From Salinivirgaceae bacterium (GTDB taxonomy: Bacteria; Bacteroidota; Bacteroidia; Bacteroidales; SZUA-534), in contig JAFYYJ010000122.1 of NCBI GenBank assembly GCA_017557605.1, positions 1,344 to 65,343 on the forward strand: 64,000 bases of DNA. The letters run 5' to 3'. Positions within the stretch are counted from its first letter, which is position 1; every line of letters starts with the position of its first letter. Both the position numbers and the translations under genes were made by a program. The notes under the pieces are model-generated. The model made no database searches. It had not been told where the DNA came from and was given only the letters and a program-made list of their open reading frames with translations. Of this stretch, positions 1-9,545 are shown one piece after another.

Positions 1-2
1 CG

Positions 3-1400
3 ACTGCCGAAGGCGAAGACGAGAAATTTGTGGTTGCTCTCACAGCCGAAGAAGCGCTGGTTGAGGCTCGCAAAATCGCTGGATTCGAATCGATTACCAT
101 TGACCAACTTCGTCACGACGAGGATGCGCTCGACACTTGGTTCTCATCGTGGTTGTGGCCGATTTCGCTTTTCGACGGAATCAATAACCCTGGGAACAAG
201 GAGATTAACTACTACTACCCCACCTGTGACCTTGTAACTGGCCCCGATATTATCTTCTTCTGGGTTGCCCGTATGATTATGGCAGGTGAGGAATATCAGC
301 ACGATGTGCCTTTCCGCAACGTTTATTTCACTGGTATTGTGCGCGATAAGTTGGGCCGCAAGATGTCAAAATCGCTCGGCAACTCACCCGACCCGCTCAA
401 GCTCATTGCCGACTATGGCGCCGACGGCGTTCGTGTTGGAATGCTGCTCTGCTCACCGGCCGGTGGCGACTTGCTTTACGACGATTCGCTGCCCGAGCAA
501 GGCCGCAACTTCGCCAACAAGATTTGGAATGCCTTCCGTCTGGTTTACAGCTGGGATGTGGACGATAAACTGCCGCAACCCGATGCCGCACGTGTGGCCA
601 TCGAGTGGTTCAACCAAAAGTTGAGCAGCACCATCGAGCAACTGAACGACCACTTCGACAAGTTCCGTCTGTCAGAAGCCTTGATGACCGTTTACCGCCT
701 GTTCTGGGACGAATTCTCAGCATGGTTCCTTGAGATGGTTAAGCCAGCATATCAAACAGCTTGCGACGTCAAGACTTATAATGCTGTGATTGAGTTGTTT
801 GAGAAGATGCTCAAACTGCTGCATCCGTTTATGCCGTTCATCACCGAGGAAATTTGGCAATCGATAAAAGACCGCGATAAGGCTGACAGCCTGATAGTTG
901 CCAAATGGCCTGAGGCTGGTGCGTTCAGCGAAGATTATCTGGCTGAATTCGAAAATGTTAAGCAGACAATTGCCGAAATTCGCACCGTGCGCACTGACAA
1001 GAAAATCCCGAACCGCGACGCCATCAAACTCTTTGTGAACAAAGGCAGCAAAGGCTACAACGCACAGTTCGACAGCGTTTTGGCAAAGATGGGCAATACT
1101 GAGTCGATTGAGATTGTCAGCCAGAAAGTTGACGGCACGGTGGCATTCATGGTTCAGACCACAGAGTTCTACGTTCCGTTTGGCAGCAACATCGATGTTG
1201 AAGCCGAGCTTGCAAAACTTCGCGCCGACCGCACCTATCTCGAGGGATTCCTGCAATCGGTGATGAAGAAACTCTCGAACGAGAAGTTTGTAAATGGTGC
1301 CCCTGCAGCTGTTGTCGAGAATGAGCGCAAGAAACAAGCCGACGCCGAAGCCAAAATTAAGGCAATCGACGAGCAGATAAAGGCTCTGGAAAATGCTTAA
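3..1400 (+). CDS. valS: valine--tRNA ligase, 5'-truncated by window edge
   Basis: DALDTWFSS, TGPDIIFFWVARM, KMSKSLGN motifs; C-terminal coiled-coil arm (KLSNEKFVNGAP); frame is open to the window start. Confidence 0.97.
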   Translation, partial: TAEGEDEKFVVALTAEEALVEARKIAGFESITIDQLRHDEDALDTWFSSWLWPISLFDGINNPGNKEINYYYPTCDLVTGPDIIFFWVARMIMAGEEYQHDVPFRNVYFTGIVRDKLGRKMSKSLGNSPDPLKLIADYGADGVRVGMLLCSPAGGDLLYDDSLPEQGRNFANKIWNAFRLVYSWDVDDKLPQPDAARVAIEWFNQKLSSTIEQLNDHFDKFRLSEALMTVYRLFWDEFSAWFLEMVKPAYQTACDVKTYNAVIELFEKMLKLLHPFMPFITEEIWQSIKDRDKADSLIVAKWPEAGAFSEDYLAEFENVKQTIAEIRTVRTDKKIPNRDAIKLFVNKGSKGYNAQFDSVLAKMGNTESIEIVSQKVDGTVAFMVQTTEFYVPFGSNIDVEAELAKLRADRTYLEGFLQSVMKKLSNEKFVNGAPAAVVENERKKQADAEAKIKAIDEQIKALENA

Positions 1401-1473
1401 TACCAACAGTGCAAAACACGATAGATTATTATTTGTATAAATTTCTATATTTGCACCTTGTAATTAATATGAT

Positions 1474-2676
1474 ATGAAAAAAGTAAAACCAATTTTGTTG
1501 CTGACTGCCTTATCGTTAGGCTTCAGTGCAAGCGCACAACAAGGTATTTTCTACTATGTTAATACCAACCAAAATTTCATTAATTCTAAAACAATCGATG
1601 TTAAGCCAACCGATAACGGAATGGTTATCCTTAATCAATGCTCAGATGCAAATTATGCATCGCATGCCATTCAGGTTATTGAGCTGAACAAGACAATGAT
1701 AAAAACATCTGAAAGCATTGTTAATATCGATAAGCTTCACAATATCAGCGGTTTCTCACGTCAAACCGACGGCTCATACAGTGTTCTTGTCAATTCGGGA
1801 ACAAGCCAACTCGAAGCAATGCAAGTGAAATTGTCAGCTGCCTATAAAGAAGCTGGACTGAATAAATTCGATGATTTGGAGCAGAGCTCATTTGTTTCGC
1901 AAGCTACTGTAGGCAAGCAAGTTCTGGCAATATCGACACATACACCGACAAAAGGTAAATTTGACATTATGCTCAGCTGCTTTAATGATAACGGATTAAT
2001 GGTTTGGACCAAGAAAATATCAAGCGAACCCAACGAATCAGCTGACATCATCGTCGCCGACAACGAAGACAACGTAATAGTTCTTGGACGCAAGTATAAC
2101 GATAACGCAACAGAGTATATTCCAATACTTTACAAGCTTTCGGCTGACGGCAATATACTTTGGAAGAAAAGCGGTGTCGACATGCCGTCAAACTTCTACT
2201 CACAAAACATTACAGTGAGCAAAAACGGTGATATCTACTATGCTTGCGGACTTACGCTGCGCACTGGTGTGCTGCAAACCAAAGTCTTCAAACTCGACGG
2301 CAACGGCAACACCAAACGCACATCGAACCTGAACGATTTCACAAGCAACGGTGCTTTATGGCTGTCATCGGGAAAAGTGCTACTCTATGGTTCGCGTTTC
2401 TACACCGATGCCAAGCAGGTTGTTACCAAAGGCGCATACATGATTCTTGACGCCGACCTTAACGAACTCAGCAACAAGGCGTTGGCCGTTAATGACAAAC
2501 CTGATTCCGATTTTAACTACAACACAACCACAAGTTCTGATTTGCAAGCCGCTATTGAGCTTGAAGGTGGCAGCGTTGCAATGGTTGGTAAGGTCACAAT
2601 GCCTCAGGCTGGCGGAAATGACAAACATAACAACACAATTGTTGTGGTTGCCGACGCATACGGAAACTACAAATAA
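1474..2676 (+). CDS. secreted hypothetical protein, probable beta-propeller-like repeats
   Basis: Signal peptide (..ASA|QQ); repeated D-x-x-G-x-x-x-W-x-K units (DNGLMVWTK, DGNILWKK); no T9SS C-terminal domain seen. Confidence 0.6.
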   Translation: MKKVKPILLLTALSLGFSASAQQGIFYYVNTNQNFINSKTIDVKPTDNGMVILNQCSDANYASHAIQVIELNKTMIKTSESIVNIDKLHNISGFSRQTDGSYSVLVNSGTSQLEAMQVKLSAAYKEAGLNKFDDLEQSSFVSQATVGKQVLAISTHTPTKGKFDIMLSCFNDNGLMVWTKKISSEPNESADIIVADNEDNVIVLGRKYNDNATEYIPILYKLSADGNILWKKSGVDMPSNFYSQNITVSKNGDIYYACGLTLRTGVLQTKVFKLDGNGNTKRTSNLNDFTSNGALWLSSGKVLLYGSRFYTDAKQVVTKGAYMILDADLNELSNKALAVNDKPDSDFNYNTTTSSDLQAAIELEGGSVAMVGKVTMPQAGGNDKHNNTIVVVADAYGNYK

Positions 2677-2697
2677 ACCGCTGTTACATAACAACAT

Positions 2698-2729
2698 AAA
2701 AAAGCGCATAACAGTTATGCGCTTTTTTT
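2698..2729 (+). terminator. intrinsic terminator
   Basis: aaaaaaGCGCATAAC-a-GTTATGCGCttttttt just after the stop codon. Confidence 0.85.
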
Positions 2730-2928
2730 ATGCTTGTCCGCTTCGTTTTTTAAAGTTAGTTCACATCCATATTTTCATATAAATAATAGGTATGAATTTA
2801 GGCGTTTTCGCTATTTACGAAAATCACTTACGGTTTGTATATCACTGAATTAAACCGAATTGCGGCGGTCAGTGCCTCAACGGGCGGCTGTGGCGGACTT
2901 TTGCTTGGCCGCATATTGAATTGTTTAA

Positions 2929-2936
2929 TACATTTG
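2929..2936 (+). promoter_or_regulatory. Bacteroidota -7 promoter element for nfnAB
   Basis: TACATTTG matches TAnnTTTG, about 70 nt before the GTG start. Confidence 0.5.
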
Positions 2937-3007
2937 CCCACTTTTTGTAGAAAAGAAAACTGCCGTTTATAGGCAAATTGATGATAATCAATAAAAAACG
3001 TTTTTAA

Positions 3008-3829
3008 GTGAATAAGATTGTTGCAAAAGAGCACTTCTCTGAAAATGTGGTAAGGCTCGAGATTGAGGCACCGCTTATTGCCAAATCGCGCAAGGCGGGA
3101 CACTTTGTGATTGTTAAAGTTGGCGAAAAGGGAGAGCGTATCCCCTTGACCATTTCGGCAGCCAACGTCGAGAAAGGCACTATCGACCTTGTTGTGCAGC
3201 GTGTGGGAGTTTCGTCGTGCAAACTCACCGACCTGAACGTAGGCGACTATGTGACCGACGTTGTGGGCCCGCTTGGACGCGCCACCGAGATTGAGAAATT
3301 CGGCACCGTGCTGGCTTGCGGCGGCGGTGTGGGCGTGGCCCCGCTGCTTCCTATCGTCGAGGCGATGAAAAAGGCTGGAAACCGCGTAGTTACTATTCTG
3401 GCGGCACGTTCGAAAGACCTTATCATTCTTGAGGACGAAATGCGCAAATGGTCAGATGAGGTAATAATTATGACCGACGACGGCTCGTACGGCGAAAAAG
3501 GTAACGTGACCGTCGGTATGGAGAAAGCCATTGCTAAAGAAAAGATTGACAAGTCGATAGTGATTGGCCCGACTATTATGATGAAATTCGCGTCGCTCAC
3601 CACAAAGAAGTACGAAATCCCAACCGTGGCAAGCCTTAACACCATTATGGTGGACGGCACCGGAATGTGTGGCGCCTGCCGCGTGACGGTAGACGGCAAA
3701 ACCAAGTTCGTCTGCGTTGACGGACCCGAGTTCGACGCCCACAAAATCGATTTCGACGAGGTGATGACACGTATGCGCGCCTACAAACCGCAAGAGACAG
3801 AGGCACTTGCAGCATATAATTCAAAATAA
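3008..3829 (+). CDS. nfnA: NfnA/SudB-type FAD/NAD-binding [2Fe-2S] subunit of NADH-dependent ferredoxin:NADP+ oxidoreductase
   Basis: GERIPLTI, GGGVGVAP, MVDGTGMCGACRV...CVDGPEF cluster motif. Confidence 0.85.
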   Translation: MNKIVAKEHFSENVVRLEIEAPLIAKSRKAGHFVIVKVGEKGERIPLTISAANVEKGTIDLVVQRVGVSSCKLTDLNVGDYVTDVVGPLGRATEIEKFGTVLACGGGVGVAPLLPIVEAMKKAGNRVVTILAARSKDLIILEDEMRKWSDEVIIMTDDGSYGEKGNVTVGMEKAIAKEKIDKSIVIGPTIMMKFASLTTKKYEIPTVASLNTIMVDGTGMCGACRVTVDGKTKFVCVDGPEFDAHKIDFDEVMTRMRAYKPQETEALAAYNSK

Positions 3830-3842
3830 AAAAACGAAAGAG

Positions 3843-5312
3843 ATGACAAAAGAAGAAATATTGGCTCTGCGTAATGAGCCATGGCGTGATGAGTTGCGCA
3901 AGAAGATGAGTCCGAAAGACCGTGGTGCTCTGGAGCGCGTAAAAATGCCCGAACTGACACCCGACTACCGCGTGAAAACATTCACCGAGGAGGTCCAACA
4001 AGGTCTTACAAAGGAGATGGCTGTGGCTGAAGCACAACGCTGCTTGGACTGCGCCGACCCATCGTGTATGAAGGGCTGCCCGGTTGGAATCAACATCCCG
4101 ACATTCGTTAAACAGATTGAAAACGAAGATTTTGAAGGCGCAATTGCCACAATCAAAAAGACATCGAGTCTGCCGGCTGTCTGCGGACGTGTCTGCCCGC
4201 AGGAGAAACAGTGCGAGGGCAACTGCATAAAGCTGAAAATGAAACAGAAACCGGTTGCTATCGGTTATCTGGAACGTTTTGCTGCTGACTACGAGCGTGA
4301 GTCGGGAAAGATGAAAGCACCCGAATGCGCTGCCAAGAACGGCAAGAAAGTCTGCACCGTTGGTTCAGGTCCGTCAGCTTTGGCTTTTGCAGCCGATATG
4401 ATTAAATTGGGTTACGATGTAACCGTGTTTGAGGCACTTCACGAGATTGGCGGTGTACTCAAATATGGTATTCCTGAATTCCGTCTGCCAAACAGCGTTG
4501 TTGATGCCGAAATCGACACTCTGCGCAAGATGGGAGTTAACTTCCAGCCGAACACAATTATCGGCAAGACAATCAGTTACGAGCAACTGCACGAGATGGG
4601 CTTCGACGGCATTTTCGTCGGTTCGGGAGCTGGTCTGCCGCGTTTTATGAATATTCCAGGCGAAAACCTTATTGGTGTGATGTCGTCGAACGAGTATCTG
4701 ACACGTATCAACCTGATGGGCGCTGGCCGCGGACAAGGTGCCGACACCCCTGTGCTGAAAGGCAAAAACGTGGTTGTTTGCGGTGGTGGTAACACTGCAA
4801 TGGACTCTGCCCGCACAGCAAAACGTATGGGTGCCGAGACCGTTACTTTGGTTTACCGTCGTGGTTTGGACGAACTTCCGGCACGTGCCGAGGAGGTTCA
4901 CCACGCAATGGAGGAAGGCATCGACTTCCACGTACTTCACAACCCAATCGAATACCACGCTGATGAGAATGGCCGCGTGAAAGAGGCCGTGCTTCAAGTG
5001 ATGGAGTTGGGTGAGCCCGACGCTTCGGGACGTCGTTCGCCAGTTGCCATTGAGGGTAAGACCGAAACCATTCCGGCTGACCTTGTAATTGTTGCCATTG
5101 GTGTATCACCAAACCCAATTATCCCGACCAACTTTAAAGGCCTCGAGATTTCGAAGAAAGGCACAATCGTTGTTGGCGAGGAGACAATGCAATCGGCTGT
5201 TAGCGATGTGTTTGCAGGTGGCGACATTGTTCGTGGTGGTGCAACAGTTATCCTTGCAATGGGTGATGGCCGCAAAGCCGCCGGTGCAATGGACGAGTAT
5301 TTGAAAAAATAA
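3843..5312 (+). CDS. nfnB: NfnB/SudA-type subunit (GltD-like NADPH-dependent Fe-S flavoprotein)
   Basis: RCLDC..C..GCP, CGRVCPQEKQCEG, GGGNTAMD, FAGGDIVRGGATVILAM; follows nfnA; no gltB in the window. Confidence 0.85.
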   Translation: MTKEEILALRNEPWRDELRKKMSPKDRGALERVKMPELTPDYRVKTFTEEVQQGLTKEMAVAEAQRCLDCADPSCMKGCPVGINIPTFVKQIENEDFEGAIATIKKTSSLPAVCGRVCPQEKQCEGNCIKLKMKQKPVAIGYLERFAADYERESGKMKAPECAAKNGKKVCTVGSGPSALAFAADMIKLGYDVTVFEALHEIGGVLKYGIPEFRLPNSVVDAEIDTLRKMGVNFQPNTIIGKTISYEQLHEMGFDGIFVGSGAGLPRFMNIPGENLIGVMSSNEYLTRINLMGAGRGQGADTPVLKGKNVVVCGGGNTAMDSARTAKRMGAETVTLVYRRGLDELPARAEEVHHAMEEGIDFHVLHNPIEYHADENGRVKEAVLQVMELGEPDASGRRSPVAIEGKTETIPADLVIVAIGVSPNPIIPTNFKGLEISKKGTIVVGEETMQSAVSDVFAGGDIVRGGATVILAMGDGRKAAGAMDEYLKK

Positions 5313-5356
5313 GACAATAAGTTGATTAATACCCGCTTACGGGTAATCTCAGTCAG

Positions 5357-5385
5357 AAAAAGGGAACTTTCGGGTTCCCTTTTTT
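5357..5385 (+). terminator. intrinsic terminator after nfnB
   Basis: aaaaaGGGAACt-ttcg-gGTTCCCtttttt. Confidence 0.85.
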
Positions 5386-5508
5386 ATTTTTAGCCACGGC
5401 GCTAACAACAAGATTTTCAATTTTTTGTATGCTAATATATCTGCCTGAAGCGCTTTTTACAACAACATTATTCCACCATTTCCCAATTTTCCACTATCTT
5501 GCCGCATT

Positions 5509-6540
5509 ATGGACGAAAGTTTTGACATACGGCAGAATGCCAACATTATATCCGACAAGGAGTATGAGAACAAGCTCCGCCCCTTGTCGTTCAGCGACTT
5601 CAACGGACAGCCGCGAATACTCGACAACCTGAAGGTTTTTGTTGAAGCCGCAAAAATGCGCGGCGAGCCTCTCGACCATCTTCTGCTCAACGGTCCTCCG
5701 GGATTGGGCAAAACCACCTTGGCCAATATCGTGGCCAACGAATTGGGCGTGGGATTCAAAGTTACATCGGGACCGGTGCTCGACAAACCGGGCGACCTTG
5801 CGGGAATCCTTACCAGCCTTGAGCCTAACGATGTGCTTTTCATTGATGAGATTCACCGACTGAACCCCGTTGTTGAAGAGTATCTCTACTCGGCAATGGA
5901 AGATTTTCGGATTGATATTCTGATAGATAAAGGCCCTGCCGCACGTTCGGTGCAGTTGTCGCTATGCCCGTTCACATTGGTAGGCGCCACCACACGCGCC
6001 GGATTACTCACAAGCCCGTTGCGTGCACGCTTCGGCATCAATCTGCATTTTGAGTATTACGATGCTGAGACGCTGAAGAAAATCGTTAAACGCTCGGCAT
6101 CAATTCTTCAGGTGCCCATTGACGATGATGCAGCCTTCGAGATATCGTCACGCAGTCGTGGAACGCCGCGTATCGCCAACGCTCTGTTGCGACGTGTGCG
6201 CGATTTTGCACAGGTGAAAGGCAACGGCCATATCGACCTTGAGATTGCGCAGTTCTCGTTGCGCGCCCTCAACATCGACCAGTACGGCCTCGACGAGATG
6301 GACAACCGCATTCTGACAACCATCATCGACAAGTTCAAAGGCGGTCCGGTGGGCATCACCACCATTGCTACCGCCGTGGGCGAAGATGGCGGCACAGTGG
6401 AAGAAGTTTACGAGCCGTTCCTCATTCAGGAAGGCTTCATCAAGCGCACACCCCGCGGCCGCGAAGCCACCGAAAAAGCTTACAGTCATCTTGGGCGCAC
6501 ACGCTTTTCACCCGACCCACAGCAGGGAACGCTGTTCTAA
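5509..6540 (+). CDS. ruvB: Holliday junction branch-migration ATPase
   Basis: [42 protein letters not shown]...RTPRGR. Confidence 0.98.
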   Translation: MDESFDIRQNANIISDKEYENKLRPLSFSDFNGQPRILDNLKVFVEAAKMRGEPLDHLLLNGPPGLGKTTLANIVANELGVGFKVTSGPVLDKPGDLAGILTSLEPNDVLFIDEIHRLNPVVEEYLYSAMEDFRIDILIDKGPAARSVQLSLCPFTLVGATTRAGLLTSPLRARFGINLHFEYYDAETLKKIVKRSASILQVPIDDDAAFEISSRSRGTPRIANALLRRVRDFAQVKGNGHIDLEIAQFSLRALNIDQYGLDEMDNRILTTIIDKFKGGPVGITTIATAVGEDGGTVEEVYEPFLIQEGFIKRTPRGREATEKAYSHLGRTRFSPDPQQGTLF

Positions 6541-6656
6541 AAGACTACTGACGATAGACAACAGACAATGGAAGATAAGAAGTGTAATTTCAACTTGTAA
6601 AACCTTTAACCAAGAACTTAAAACTTATAACTTCGAAAACGTATAACTCACTGTCA

Positions 6657-7754
6657 ATGCGCAAGATTCTTACCATATTGCTAATGCTGCCCCTAATCGC
6701 CCCTGCCCAATACTTCGCTTCCGAGAGCGATGTTGAGCGTTTGCTGAAGGCCGATTCGGCAGCATTGCATCTGACAATTGACAACTACAACTTTTTGTGG
6801 AACAACGAGTTTTTCGGCCCAATTGACAAGGGCTACACTCTCATTGGTTTCAATTTGCAGCCGGCGCTTGAATATCATTTCACACCGAATATCAAGGCAA
6901 AGGCGGGTGTGCGACTCACAAAATATTCCGGGCTCGACAAGTTTACCGACTGTCTGCCAGTCTATTCCGTCACTTGGCACACCGATAAACTTGCCGTGAC
7001 TATGGGCACCATCAACGGCGCGTCGTTCCACCGCCTGCCAGAACCTGTGATGCACCGTGAGCGGCAACTCGTCAACAACTACGAGAACGGAATGCAGATT
7101 GTCTATAACACAAACCGCCTGTTTGCCGATGTGTGGGTCGATTGGCAGGATTTTATCTTCCGCGGGGACAATAAGAAAGAGCAGATTTATGGCGGACTGT
7201 CGATTGGATGGAAGACCCTGTCTTCCGATGCTCTTGAACTGGAAATTCCTGCATCGTTCACCATTTTCCACCGTGGCGGACAGATAGATACCGACACAAC
7301 ACCAATGCGGCTGTTCTACTACGTTTCGGGCGGTGCGCAACTCACTCACCATATCAACGGTTTTATTAGCGGCATTGGCGCATCATCGCAAGTACTTGGT
7401 TACAAGGATAATTCACCCACACCAGAAAGTCTCTACCAGAGTGGTTGGGGTTGGTTGTTCGATGTCAGGCTGATGCACGAAAAGAGCAGCCTGACAGTTG
7501 GTTATTGGCTTGCCGATGGTTTCATTGCCCAGCAGGGCAACCCAATGTATATGTGCCAGTCGTACGACGGCGCCACCGACCAGAAGCACCGCAGTATGCT
7601 CACAGGCGAACTGAATCTTGCCAAAGACATAACCGATTATTTCACAGCCGCTTTGACTGCCGTCGGCTACTACGATATTAAAAATTCAGCGTTCGACTAC
7701 ACCTACGCCTTCACCTTCATCCTTCGCCCCGATTTTGTGCTTTGGCGGCGATAA
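6657..7754 (+). CDS. hypothetical outer-membrane beta-barrel protein
   Basis: Signal peptide; alternating aromatic beta-strand pattern; NNEF and WVDWQDFI-type motifs. Confidence 0.6.
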   Translation: MRKILTILLMLPLIAPAQYFASESDVERLLKADSAALHLTIDNYNFLWNNEFFGPIDKGYTLIGFNLQPALEYHFTPNIKAKAGVRLTKYSGLDKFTDCLPVYSVTWHTDKLAVTMGTINGASFHRLPEPVMHRERQLVNNYENGMQIVYNTNRLFADVWVDWQDFIFRGDNKKEQIYGGLSIGWKTLSSDALELEIPASFTIFHRGGQIDTDTTPMRLFYYVSGGAQLTHHINGFISGIGASSQVLGYKDNSPTPESLYQSGWGWLFDVRLMHEKSSLTVGYWLADGFIAQQGNPMYMCQSYDGATDQKHRSMLTGELNLAKDITDYFTAALTAVGYYDIKNSAFDYTYAFTFILRPDFVLWRR

Positions 7755-7928
7755 GAACGAAAAAAAATCCGTAGGCAAGCGCCCCCCCACAATTTGAACA
7801 CTTTTGAATAGTTGCTGAAGCGACTATTTTTTTTGAAAGCAAGCAACCTTATCGCGTTTTTGAGCGTCATAGTTTGCAGATACATTTTTTTATTACTTTT
7901 AAATTTTGAAAACTAAAACCATACTACT

Positions 7929-9026
7929 ATGAATCGGAAATATTTTCCATTGGTTGCGGCATTTTTGTTTGCCGCAGGAATAGGGCAGAGCGTTAAGGCC
8001 CAGAGCTTTGAAGAGTTTGTAAGGCAGCAAAATCAAGAATTTGAGGATTTTGCAAAAGAGCGTCAGCAGGGCATAGAAGCGCTGCGGGCAGAGTATGAAC
8101 AAACCGTTGAGGACTACAAACGGGCAATGAACCGGATGTACGATTCTGAAATTTCATCTATCGACCTTATGTCGTCCGATGACAACATTGAAATCACAAG
8201 CAAGGCAAAAGCCCCTAAATCGACTATCAATTCGAAAGAACTTTCGGACAACGCTATAAAAGAAAAAAATATTATTGCTAATACTTCGTCAAGTGAACTG
8301 ATGAAGCAACTGACCGGCACTGACACCGAAAATGCCACATCGCAGCAGGTGAAGGAGGCTACCAACAAACTGGCAAGCATAATAAGCGATGTCATAAACC
8401 AGACTGAAAGCGCTAATGCTCAGCCAAAAGAGGAGCCGAAGAAAGAACAGCAAAAAGTAGAACCAAAACAAGAGGAAAAACAAAAAGCAGAGCCTAAGAA
8501 AGAGGAGAAAAAGGCTGAACCAAAGCAAGAGACCAAAAAGGAAGAACCCAAAAAAGCTGAACCTAAAAAAGCTGAACCTAAAAAAGAGGAGAAAAAAGCC
8601 GAACCTAAACAAGAGACAAAGAAAGCTACCGATACTGGCGTAGGTCCAAATGGCAAACCTTGCACCTACACCCGTATATCATCACCATTTGGTGAGCGAA
8701 TCCACCCTGTTTATGGGAAAAAGAGCTTCCACAAAGGTGTTGACCTTGCATCGCCAAACGGCACGCCAATCTACGCTACAGCCGACGGCATTGTAGCTTT
8801 TGCCGGTGTGTGCAACGGTTACGGCAACTTCATCAAACTGAATCACCAGAACGGCTACAAGACCGGTTATGCACACATGTCGAAAATGGTTGTCAAAACC
8901 AACGACAAAGTAAAGAAAGGCGACCTGATTGGCTATGTAGGCTCAACAGGAACATCAACCGGCAACCACCTTCACTACGAGGTTTACTACAAAGACCAAC
9001 TGACCGACCCTGCAAAAACTTTGTAA
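7929..9026 (+). CDS. M23 family metallopeptidase with N-terminal coiled coil and K/E/P-rich linker
   Basis: Signal peptide; SSPFGERIHP, HKGVD (HxxxD), YAHM, GTSTGNHLHYEV (HxH). Confidence 0.9.
   Translation: MNRKYFPLVAAFLFAAGIGQSVKAQSFEEFVRQQNQEFEDFAKERQQGIEALRAEYEQTVEDYKRAMNRMYDSEISSIDLMSSDDNIEITSKAKAPKSTINSKELSDNAIKEKNIIANTSSSELMKQLTGTDTENATSQQVKEATNKLASIISDVINQTESANAQPKEEPKKEQQKVEPKQEEKQKAEPKKEEKKAEPKQETKKEEPKKAEPKKAEPKKEEKKAEPKQETKKATDTGVGPNGKPCTYTRISSPFGERIHPVYGKKSFHKGVDLASPNGTPIYATADGIVAFAGVCNGYGNFIKLNHQNGYKTGYAHMSKMVVKTNDKVKKGDLIGYVGSTGTSTGNHLHYEVYYKDQLTDPAKTL
8420..8628 (+). repeat. in-frame tandem repeat encoding (K)AEPK(K/Q)E units
   Basis: KAEPKKEEKKAEPKQETKK occurs twice plus further EPKK units; gctgaacctaaaaaa is tandemly repeated at DNA level. 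Confidence 0.85.
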
Positions 9027-9048
9027 TTGAAACAAAAATCTGATAATG

Positions 9049-9078
9049 AAAAAGAGCCGCAGAGATGCGGCTTTTTTT
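9049..9078 (+). terminator. intrinsic terminator after M23 gene
   Basis: AGCCGCA-gaga-TGCGGCT followed by a T-tract. Confidence 0.8.
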
Positions 9079-9486
9079 ATCATCAGCCACCAATGAGAAA
9101 TGGGGATACTCAGCTAAACGAACACAGAAGCCGTTGAGTGAATTGTATGAATGCAAAAAAGATTCCGCGATGCTGTTCTGTTACAGAATTATACCATTTA
9201 GCAACAACCTCATATGGCATTCTAGTAAATTAATCCTACAGATTGTTCTTTTGTGTAGCAATGTAGTAAAGGACTCCATTCACTTCTCCCTATAACATAC
9301 AACAACTTCTGCGAATAAAACAGTATTAAACTGATGGGAGAAAACAAGAATCGAAGAACTACTAACTACTCACATATTGATTACCATCGGCACTGTCCTC
9401 ATAAAAACAAAGCCATGATAAAGAATTCGACAGCTGCTTGCGTTTTATCATAGTGCAAACAATACCATAGACTTTAAGACATAAAC

Positions 9487-9519
9487 AAAAAAAAGAGGCT
9501 GCCCCGAAGGACAGCCCCC
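9487..9519 (-). terminator. intrinsic terminator after T9SS cargo gene
   Basis: Minus strand GGGGCTGTCC-ttcg-GGGCAGCCTC-T8. Confidence 0.85.
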
Positions 9520-9545
9520 AAAAATTCAGCAATCAGTTGTTAAAT

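Noticed and set aside
3807-3842. Upstream extension of nfnB overlapping nfnA, suggesting a frameshifted fusion
   Set aside because: nfnA ends in a normal TAA, and ATG 3843 follows an A-rich initiation region; a split gene pair explains it
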